From NCBI GenBank assembly GCA_965238225.1, contig OZ250183.1, positions 128,001 to 192,000 of the forward strand: 64,000 nucleotides of DNA, read 5' to 3'. Source of the DNA: Gammaproteobacteria bacterium (GTDB lineage Bacteria; Pseudomonadota; Gammaproteobacteria; Eutrophobiales; Eutrophobiaceae). How positions within the stretch are numbered: the stretch's first letter is position 1; each line of letters opens with the position of its first letter. The position numbers were made by a program, and so were the translations under genes. Shown here piece by piece: positions 53,852 through 62,800 of this stretch. A model generated the notes under the pieces. It saw nothing but the letters and a program-made list of their open reading frames with translations, was not told the origin of the DNA and made no database searches.

Positions 53852-54013
53852 ATGGAAGGCAAATGCACAAAACATCGTGCACTGGCAAACATAGAGTTTA
53901 TTGATATAAACAATCAGCTTATCGCAAGGCTGGATAATTATGAATGTGTGGTTGATGCATCACTACAAAAAGCCTTCGCCAATAATAAATTACAGTGTAC
54001 TACTGCTCATTAG
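53852..54013 (+). CDS. Chimeric 53-aa mini-ORF carrying a copy of the PfaA C-terminal tail
   Basis: AAAGGGAG RBS, ATG at 53852; MEGKC-TKHRALANIEFIDINNQLIARLDNYECVVDASLQKAFANNKLQCTT-AH*; in frame with the duplicated pfaA segment. Confidence 0.45.
   Translation: MEGKCTKHRALANIEFIDINNQLIARLDNYECVVDASLQKAFANNKLQCTTAH
53866..54005 (+). repeat. 140-bp direct repeat, copy 2
   Basis: Same sequence as 52224-52363, offset 1642 bp. Confidence 0.95.
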
Positions 54014-54879
54014 ATTTGTTTTGATCCTTGATCCCAATGTTCTGGCATATTTATGTCTTCAGGCAGCTTTGTTGTTGCATCCCCCTTAGCAGAATCAATT
54101 TGTGCTTGCCTTAAGTTTTGCGCAGAGGATAAATCTGCTCCTGATAAATCAGCGTTTGTTAAATCTGCCCCAGTTAAAGCGTTTGTTAAATCTGCTTTGT
54201 CAAAATTACTTCCGACAAAACTAGTACGTTCCAATTGAGCACCTTCAAGTATCGCAGAACAAAACGAAGAATCGGTACAATTAAAGTTCGATAGATTGCC
54301 ATTAATAAAATCGCTGTTTTCGGGAAATTCTGTGTTCGATAAGTCGTACAATAATGGCGTTTTAGATTTGCCGTCCGGTTGTTTTTCTAAAACCTCATCA
54401 AACTCTACTTTTCTTTCTTTAATGACCTGAATTGCTGCTTCAATATCTATCTTTAGATCTTCATCTCGCATATTACGAGTACAAGATAGCTGTTTTCGAA
54501 TATAAGCGCATAGCGTATTCATGATGACAGAATGATAAGTTTTCTCGTTTTCAGCGAGCTTTCCTAAGGCATAGATAGCGCCTTGCCTGACTGCGCGTTC
54601 TTCATGTCCTAATAACTCTATAGACTTTGCAAACGTTTCGCTTACCAAGCGTTTGGCATCAGTCTGAGATTGTTCTTCAAGGACTAAAGTTCGGAAAGTA
54701 GCTAACGATAATCCAATAAAAACAGCTGGCAGGGCAAGCATGAATGCAAGACCCCTTGTTGATTCTTGATGTTTCCCTACAAGATCAAATGAATACGGTC
54801 TCCAACACCACCACCATAAGCATCCCACTCCTGCAATAATAATTATGGCGATTAATTTTTTAATAAGTTGTACCTTCAT
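54010..54879 (-). CDS. Membrane-anchored pentapeptide-repeat protein
   Basis: Two N-terminal TMs, FAKSIELLG....VRQGAIYAL..LA helical segment, C-terminal A(D/N)LT/ADLS pentapeptide repeats. Confidence 0.85.
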   Translation of the reverse strand: MKVQLIKKLIAIIIIAGVGCLWWWCWRPYSFDLVGKHQESTRGLAFMLALPAVFIGLSLATFRTLVLEEQSQTDAKRLVSETFAKSIELLGHEERAVRQGAIYALGKLAENEKTYHSVIMNTLCAYIRKQLSCTRNMRDEDLKIDIEAAIQVIKERKVEFDEVLEKQPDGKSKTPLLYDLSNTEFPENSDFINGNLSNFNCTDSSFCSAILEGAQLERTSFVGSNFDKADLTNALTGADLTNADLSGADLSSAQNLRQAQIDSAKGDATTKLPEDINMPEHWDQGSKQI

Positions 54880-54897
54880 TATGTCCCTAGAGAACGA

Positions 54898-55380
54898 TCA
54901 ACAAAGGCTTGGTCTGTCTTCCATAAAAGCGTTCTCAACCCTCTTACTGCACCTACGCCCACAGCTAGGGCATCTGGTACTTTTTGCCCACAAGTGCTTT
55001 TCTGGTTTGCCAAAGTTTTCTTCATAGAGATTTAATGTCTCATGCCAAGCATCTTTTAGATTATTAGCATCCTCTTCGCCACGCATACCAAAGTACGGGA
55101 AATGATGTAAAAAATAACCAAAAATAGATTCACAATCTTCAGCATACTTTTGGGTATCTAATATGTGCAGATGCCAAAATTCATCCACCAATGGTGAGGG
55201 TACAATAGACTTCTTCGGGTACTTCAAACACAATATAAGATACTTACGATATTCCTCGCTTATCTCCTTTGCCTTGGTTAAATCCCAGCCTTTACCTTCC
55301 TCAGCATCCATCGCCTTGACAATAATTGGTTCTAAATTTAAATCATTTAGGATATAGTCTTCTTTCAAATTTCTGCCCAT
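54898..55380 (-). CDS. Glycine-rich-domain-protein-like (DUF1399-like) protein with Cys-rich tail
   Basis: W......EEYRKYL.L, IVPS..VDEFWHLHILDT.KY..DC...G.FLHH.P; tail RCPSCGRRC; start 55380 with AGGAG RBS. Confidence 0.75.
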   Translation of the reverse strand: MGRNLKEDYILNDLNLEPIIVKAMDAEEGKGWDLTKAKEISEEYRKYLILCLKYPKKSIVPSPLVDEFWHLHILDTQKYAEDCESIFGYFLHHFPYFGMRGEEDANNLKDAWHETLNLYEENFGKPEKHLWAKSTRCPSCGRRCSKRVENAFMEDRPSLC

Positions 55381-55466
55381 AAAGTTTCTCCTGCATATCG
55401 TTAGAGTTGTTGTTTGATTATTGCACATCACTGTCTTGACTCAGTATAACGGCATTAAAAAAATAA

Positions 55467-58400
55467 TTAAACTGGCTTCGCCCTGTTAGAAAACTTCATA
55501 GAAATCCGATATATCAGCGGGATCACAAACAAAGTTAACACAGTGGAAAATGCCAAGCCCCAGACAATCACTGTTGCTACAGGTCCCCATATAAAAGAAG
55601 ATCCCGCCAAGCCAGTTGCCAAAGAAAACAAACCGGCAATAGTGGTCAGTGATGTGATTAATATAGGAATCACCCTCCTTCTTGCAGCATAGACAGTTGC
55701 GTGCAACAAGCTCATACCATTTCCAAATCTTGTATTAGCGGCTGAGATTAAAACAATAGATGCGTTCACAGAAATCCCTGCCAGAGCAACCGTACCATAT
55801 AGAGTATATAGGCTCAGTGGATTGTTAGTGGTCAGTAAGCCCATCACCACACCTGTAAATGCCAAGGGAATGCTGGCCAGTATCATGAAGGGCTGGAAAT
55901 AACTTTTAAATTGCGTGCCAAGAATTATATACATTAATCCAACACCAAAAACGAATAGAATCAACAAGGCATTCAGACTTTCCTGAATATCATCCAAAAC
56001 ACCAGTGAAATCCAAATCAATCGTCGGATAGTCTTTTTGTATTTTTTTCCATTCATTGGCGATTAATGCATTCGCTGCTACAACATCTATCTTATCTCTA
56101 TCAATATCTGCTTCTAAGGTAATAGTTTTTCTGAAATTGTAATGACGAATATTATTAATCCCCAAACTTTTCTCTGCCTGTACCAGTTCACCAATGGCGA
56201 CTGATCGGCCATCTGGTAGTGCTACGGTTTGTCTTAACAGATTATCAATATCACTCCAGTTTCTTTGATTCGCCTTTACACGTACTTTGACCTTTTCACC
56301 TTCATCTTGAAAATCGGTAACTATTTCACCGTCCGTAAAAGACTGAATGCTACGACTCAAAACCGATGGTGACATGCCTGCGCGTTGAATGGCTTCGCCA
56401 TTAAAGCGCAACACCAATTCCGGGTTCCCAGGTCTGTCATCCAAACTTATATCACTAAAAAGAGGATTACTTTGAAGATAATTAATCAGTGCTTTTGCTG
56501 CTGATTTAATTTCGGCGATTTCGTCGCCTCGTATTTTGACATTAATAGGCCTTGAAACTGGCGGCCCATCTTTCATGCGTAATAATGAAACATTGGATGT
56601 TCCCGGGAAATCTGAAACCGCTTTTTTTACAGCGTCTGCTATTTCATATATTGCACGTGATTTATTTTCATCAGGCACCAAACTAACCATGATTTGTCCA
56701 ACAGTATCCCCAAATAAAGGTTCTGTTTCTGTAAACTGTTGTCCAGAATAAGTTACTGAAGATCTCAATTCATGCGAATGAATTTCTTTAAGTGCGCGTT
56801 CTTGTACTCTAATCAGCATCTCACTGGTGTCACTTAAAGTCGCACCGCGTGGCATTTCGACGTTAATATAAAAAAGCCTAAGCTCACCGCCTTCAAAAAA
56901 ATTAAAACGGATGTGACCGCCAACAACAATCATCACTGCCAAAACAAATATAGAGCATGTTGCTGAAATAGAAATGATGGGATACCTTAATGCCTTCAGT
57001 AGTAGCTTGATATAGCTGTAGCGAACCCAGCTAGTAAATCGTTCTCGGCGTTTTTTACCTTTTGATGGTCGTGTTAAATCAATTTTTGCTGCAATCACAT
57101 GGGCAGGCAACATCCAATAAGCTTCCAATAAACTGACTGCCAATGCCAAGGTAACGACCATGGGAATGGTTCTCATGAAATCACCGAGGATGCCGGGCAT
57201 TAACATCAATGGTAAAAACGCCGCCATGGTTGTCATCACCGACGTAGTTACTGGCGCAAATACTTCAGACAGTGCACCGATTACTGAACGCATTGGTGCT
57301 ACACCTTTTTGTAATCGTTGATAGATTGACTCAACCACCACCACCGCATCATCCACCAGCATCCCAAGCGCTATTACCACGCCAAGTAACACCATATTAT
57401 TTAATGAGGTGCCAATTGTTTTAAGGATTAGAAAGGTACCAGCCAGCGTAAACGGAATACCAATACTGGTCAGTATCGCAATTCTGGAACCAAGAAATAG
57501 CCATGTCACCATAAACACCATCACCAAACCAATGATGGCATTAGTCTGCATCAAAGACAGTGCTTTGCGCGTGCTAATCGTCTGGTCATCAACCATGAAT
57601 ATCTCTACACCTGTGTTCGTCTTATATTTATTACGTTCATCAATATAGCGTCTTACATCATCAACCAGTTCAAGGACATTGGTATTTGATTGTTTGGTAA
57701 TGGCCAGTAAAGCTGCGGGCGCACCATCGAACCTGACAATTTCTGTAGCTTCCTCTGTGGTACGTGTGAACTTGGCCAGATTGCCTAGCGGTACAATACC
57801 GTGTGCAGTTATCACTGGGTAATCCGCCAAGCTTCCAGGATCTGTATTGACTCCCTTAATTCTGACTATCCACTGGCCATCATCAGCTTGAATATCACCT
57901 GCAGAGATATCACGAAAATAGGCACGCACGGTATCGGACAAATCGCCCGGCGTAATTCCCAAACCCTCTAATCGTTCGGGGATGAATGTTATGTGTAATT
58001 CTGGATCGGCAAGTCCAAGTTCATTAATACGATCCACGCCACTAATTAATTCAATGTCTTTTTTGATGTTTCTAATTTGGCGGCGGAGATTTTCATCGTC
58101 ACCTGCACTGGTAATAACAACAGTGACGGATGGAAAAGCATTTGAGGTAGTGATCTCATAAATTGTAGGATCTTCTGATTCTTCAGGCAGCTCACTCAAA
58201 TAAGTATTTTGAACTTCACGCCGCAGATCTGTGAGATGATTATTGAACTCGTCTTCACTTAGACGATTAAAACGTACCAAAATATTTGAAGTAGCTTCAC
58301 GACTGGTGCTGGATACAAATTTAATATCTTTGATCGAGCTGCGTAGTGCATCTTCAATTGGGTTAGTAATTCTTTTTTCAACATCTTCTGCAGAAGCGCC

Positions 58401-58556
58401 AGGGGAAAAAGTAATGATGCTTACCCAGTTAAAGTTTATCTCTGGATCTTTTGCACGAGGCATCTGAAAATAAGAAATACTGCCAATAATCAAAACCAAA
58501 CAAAATGTAAGGTTCGCAAAAACATGATTCGCGAGAAATCGTTGTAAAAAAGTCAT
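55467..58556 (-). CDS. RND (AcrB/AcrD/AcrF family) efflux permease
   Basis: 1029 aa; PGASAEDVE..IT.PIE, GMLVDDAVVVVE, R..PILITSLTT..GL; 12-TM RND layout. Confidence 0.93.
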   Translation of the reverse strand: MTFLQRFLANHVFANLTFCLVLIIGSISYFQMPRAKDPEINFNWVSIITFSPGASAEDVEKRITNPIEDALRSSIKDIKFVSSTSREATSNILVRFNRLSEDEFNNHLTDLRREVQNTYLSELPEESEDPTIYEITTSNAFPSVTVVITSAGDDENLRRQIRNIKKDIELISGVDRINELGLADPELHITFIPERLEGLGITPGDLSDTVRAYFRDISAGDIQADDGQWIVRIKGVNTDPGSLADYPVITAHGIVPLGNLAKFTRTTEEATEIVRFDGAPAALLAITKQSNTNVLELVDDVRRYIDERNKYKTNTGVEIFMVDDQTISTRKALSLMQTNAIIGLVMVFMVTWLFLGSRIAILTSIGIPFTLAGTFLILKTIGTSLNNMVLLGVVIALGMLVDDAVVVVESIYQRLQKGVAPMRSVIGALSEVFAPVTTSVMTTMAAFLPLMLMPGILGDFMRTIPMVVTLALAVSLLEAYWMLPAHVIAAKIDLTRPSKGKKRRERFTSWVRYSYIKLLLKALRYPIISISATCSIFVLAVMIVVGGHIRFNFFEGGELRLFYINVEMPRGATLSDTSEMLIRVQERALKEIHSHELRSSVTYSGQQFTETEPLFGDTVGQIMVSLVPDENKSRAIYEIADAVKKAVSDFPGTSNVSLLRMKDGPPVSRPINVKIRGDEIAEIKSAAKALINYLQSNPLFSDISLDDRPGNPELVLRFNGEAIQRAGMSPSVLSRSIQSFTDGEIVTDFQDEGEKVKVRVKANQRNWSDIDNLLRQTVALPDGRSVAIGELVQAEKSLGINNIRHYNFRKTITLEADIDRDKIDVVAANALIANEWKKIQKDYPTIDLDFTGVLDDIQESLNALLILFVFGVGLMYIILGTQFKSYFQPFMILASIPLAFTGVVMGLLTTNNPLSLYTLYGTVALAGISVNASIVLISAANTRFGNGMSLLHATVYAARRRVIPILITSLTTIAGLFSLATGLAGSSFIWGPVATVIVWGLAFSTVLTLFVIPLIYRISMKFSNRAKPV

Positions 58557-58559
58557 ATT

Positions 58560-59570
58560 TTAATTAACGATATCGACGGGGATAGCTTCAGTTAATGAAT
58601 AATGTCCTTCAATCACAACACGCACATTATCAGCTAATTCTGTAGCACTGGCACGACCTGCTTGTGCACTTGGCATTACATTAAACTGGGCGATATTTTT
58701 TTCTACAGTGAATACACCAAGCTTACCATTACGCCACACTAACAAATCACCGGGGATATGTGCTTGGTTGTCGCGCCAGACAAGTTTGCCAGTTGTACCG
58801 GGCAGGGCATACGTATCAGTAAAGATTAATCTGCTTTCACGATTTCGTGTTTCAGCATTAATGACACCAAGGATAGATCTGAGTTTTACCGGATAACGAA
58901 CACCGCCATGTTCAAAGAAAAGCGTGCTTGTTTTACTTAACTGCATGGCATCGCGATCTAAAACCTGCGCTGATATTTCTGCGTTATCAATATCTATAAT
59001 CTTTACCAGTGCTTTTCCAACATCTACAAACTCACCCACTGCGCTTGCACGCTCAACTACCAAGGCACGAAAAGGGCTGGTTACGGTGCAACGTGACCGA
59101 TCCAGTTTTTTCATGTTGATTTCGGCCTGCATGCCTTTTAAATCATGCCCAGATACCGCGTAACTGGATTCACGTTCATCAAGTATTGCTTCAGAAACGG
59201 ATTGTTTAGTAAAGAGTTGATGCGTGCGTTCTAACTTGCGCTTTGCAAAATCTCTTCTGATTTTCTGGGCTTCTAGTTTGGCGACAGCCTCACGGTAAGC
59301 AAACTCGTAATCAGAACAATCAAGTTTTGCCAAAATTCCGCCTTTTTCAACAATATCTCCAACACGAACAGAAAGCTCGTCAACTCTGGCTAAAATACGC
59401 GCACTAATGACACTTTCATTAAGACTAACAACCGTCGCAGGAGCTGAGCGCTCCGAGTAAATCGCAACTTCAGATAACATGGCAGTTTTTACAGAAACTC
59501 TTTGTGCAGCGTGGGCATGCACAAAAAGAGTAGCGAAAATCGTAATTGATACCTGCAATAATTTTTGCAT
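58560..59570 (-). CDS. RND periplasmic adaptor (membrane fusion protein)
   Basis: Signal peptide, V.VGD.V.KG..LA.LD, alpha-hairpin, SPF.A.V......GEFV..G; upstream of the permease. Confidence 0.9.
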   Translation of the reverse strand: MQKLLQVSITIFATLFVHAHAAQRVSVKTAMLSEVAIYSERSAPATVVSLNESVISARILARVDELSVRVGDIVEKGGILAKLDCSDYEFAYREAVAKLEAQKIRRDFAKRKLERTHQLFTKQSVSEAILDERESSYAVSGHDLKGMQAEINMKKLDRSRCTVTSPFRALVVERASAVGEFVDVGKALVKIIDIDNAEISAQVLDRDAMQLSKTSTLFFEHGGVRYPVKLRSILGVINAETRNRESRLIFTDTYALPGTTGKLVWRDNQAHIPGDLLVWRNGKLGVFTVEKNIAQFNVMPSAQAGRASATELADNVRVVIEGHYSLTEAIPVDIVN

Positions 59571-59839
59571 TTTCCAATCCTTATAATAAAACTATTAGCC
59601 ACTAATCTAACATTTATCATGCCTTAATTTAATGGCTGTAAGCATTCTAAATCTTCAATTTATGCATATAAATCAGATTAATTTTCTTTTAAAAAAACGA
59701 CCAAAAAACAAAATTGGCCTATGAGGTATTATACTTATACTCCCAAAACAGATAAAAAATAGATAAGAATTTGGCGCGCAGATGGATACTGTGCCAACAT
59801 TAAATTACAAATTAATTATAAACCGAATAGATAAGTTTT

Positions 59840-62800
59840 ATGCAACGTGTCGCAATTGTTGGTATTGGTGGTCTTTTTCCTAGAGCTTCTAGCGCGAAAG
59901 ATAGCACTCAAACCGAGGATCATCTAAAGACTTTCTGGAAAGATATCCAAGCGGGTCTTGATTGTTCTCGTGAGGTGCCCGAAGGTCGCTGGTGTATAAA
60001 AAAAGAAGATGCTTGGTCTGCTGAACTTACAATAGACAAGGTAAATTCTATTCGCGGCTGTTTTCTAAACCCATTCCAACTGGATCCTACAGGTCTGGAT
60101 TTAGATGAAGACATTCTGGCAAAACTAGACCCCATGTTTCATATCCTCTTACATGCAGGTCGACAAGCTTGGCAGGATGCAAACCAAGAGAGAGAAAATA
60201 ACAAGCTGAATAAAAAACGGGTCGGCATCATCATTGGCAATATCGTTTTACCCACCGACAGTTCTTCTATGCTGGCTGATGAAACTTTGGGCGCGGTCTT
60301 TGAATCGCAACTTCTTGGCAACAAGCGTGAGGGAAATGATAAAACCGAACCACTAAATAGATACGTCGCCGGACTTCCAGCAGGTGTTCTGGCCAAGGCA
60401 TTAGGTTTTGGCGGCGGGGCTTACACGTTGGATGCCGCCTGTGCGTCCTCATTGTATGCCTTAAAGTATGCCACAGAAGAATTAATTGCCGGTCGCGCCG
60501 ATGCCATGCTCACTGGTGGCTTGTCTCGTCCAGATTGCCTGTATACACAAATGGGATTTTCAGCGTTGGGTGCGATTTCAAAAACAGGACATTGCTCACC
60601 TTTTGATCATAAAGGTGATGGGCTTGTGGTCGGCGAGGGCGCAGGTATTCTTGTTTTAAAAAGATTGGAAGATGCCTTGCGTGATGAAGATCATATCTAT
60701 GCCACCATCGCTGGAATTGGTTTATCTAATGATACTGGTGGCAACCTCATGTCGCCAGATTCAGAAGGTCAACTCCGCGCCATGCGTGATGCCTACCATC
60801 AAGCCAACTGGTCTCCTGAAGATGTTGATTTAATTGAATGCCATGGCACCGGTACGCCAATTGGTGATGCTGAAGAAATTAAAAGTTTAAAGTCACTTTG
60901 GGCTTGTGTGCCAACCAATCAACAAAACTGTGTGATAGGATCGGTTAAAAGTAATATTGGGCACTTGCTGACAGCAGCAGGTTCTGCAGGACTTATTAAA
61001 GTCTTGCTGGCAATGAAGCATCAACAATTTCCTCCCACAGCAAATTTTGAAAACACTCCAGAAAAAATAGATCTTTCTGGAAGCCCATTTTCTATTTTAA
61101 GTGAAGCCAAAATCTGGAAAAAAAGAACCGAACAAACGCCCAGACGTGCTGCCGTTAGTGCCTTTGGTTTTGGTGGCACTAATGCGCATGTTTTATTAGA
61201 GGAATGGCATAAAACAAAAGCAATAAAAACAAGTAATGTGGCTGAATCTAAACCTGATATCGCCATTGTTGGCATGGAGGCACAATTTGGACCATGGAAA
61301 TCTTTGACGGCATTCAAAAAACGTTTATTTACTAATGAACAGAATTTCGATGCCAAGTTACCAAAGCACTGGTGGGGTATTGATAATCCGGAACAAATTA
61401 AAGGCTGGTTTATTGATGAAGTAAATGTTCCGCTGGGTCGTTATCGTATTCCGCCTGCAGAACTCAAGGAAATACTACCGCAGCAATTACTTATGTTAGA
61501 GGTTGCTGCAAATGCGCTGGAAGATGCTGGCATTAAAGATATCTCAAAAGAAAAAAGTAACGCAGCAGGTGTATTTATTGGTATCGGACTTGATCTTAAC
61601 ACCACAAATTTTCATTTTCGTTGGTCACTTCTAAATCTCGCAAAAACCTGGGCCAGCAAGCTTGGTTTAAAACTTACAGACAAAGAACTTAATAAGTGGA
61701 CACAGTCTTTGCGCGATATAGCCAGTCCTGCATTGAACGCCAACAGAACCATGGGCGCACTGGGCGGTATTGTCGCCAGTCGCATTGCCCGCGCCTTTCG
61801 CTTCGGCGGATCAAGTTTTACAGTTTCCAGCGAAGAAAGCTCTGGGCTACGTGCACTGGAAATGGGTGTTCGCGCATTACAAAGAGGTGAGTTAAACACA
61901 GTCATTGTCGGTGCTGTTGATCTGGCTGGCGATGTTCGTGCGGCATTGGCGCAACACAAACATCGCGCCTATTCAGAAGATACTCTGATTGGTGAGGGTG
62001 CAGCCGCATTCATACTTAAACGTCTTGATGATGCAATAGACTCTGGTGATCGAATTTACTCTGTGATTAAAGGCATTGGCTCTGCTAATGGTGGCGGTGC
62101 TGACTTAATCTTCCCAACAGAAACTGCTTATCAACAGTCATTTAATAATGCTTGTGAAGATGCAAAGACTGACCTCAAAAAAATTAGTTTAGTGGAAACA
62201 CATAGTAGTGGGCTTAAACAAGAAGATGCTATGGAAACAATGGCGTTGAATACATTGTTTGGCGAACAGGAAGTGAATCACTATAACGCTTTTCTTGTCC
62301 TAGATAATATTAAAACAAAAATTGGGCATGCAGGTGCAGCCTGCGGTTTGGCTGCTGTTGCCAAAACAAGCCTTGCCCTTTACTACAAACAACTGGTTTA
62401 TCATGGCAAGGTTCAGTATTGGCTCAGAGATAAAATTGACGGTCCTAGACAAACAGCAGTAAGTGTCTTTAGTGTTGACGGCAATTGCATGCATACGATT
62501 CTTGAAGAAGCTGCACAACATTCCGGCACGGATATCATTAAAACAAACGAAATATTATTTGCTTTTTATGCTGAAACAAAAAAAGGGTTGTTTGAAAAAA
62601 TTCAGCAACTGAAATTACTTGAAGAAACTGCACAAGATATTCATAGCCTTGCAAAACATTGGTGGCTATCTAACCTGAACAACAAAGACAATAAAGAAAA
62701 AAAATTCACTGCCGCAATCATTATAAATAATAATAGGCTTGTCGAAAAACTGAATAAGCTACAGATATCAATTAAAGAAAATAAATCAATCAGTGCTCAT

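Noticed and set aside
53852-53866. MEGKC as the start of a katG-like gene
   Set aside because: Five residues are too few to assign.
52224-54005. Interpretation as an IS element, prophage att pair or DGR template/variable repeat
   Set aside because: No transposase, integrase or reverse transcriptase nearby; no terminal inverted repeats; the copies show no adenine-specific mismatches.
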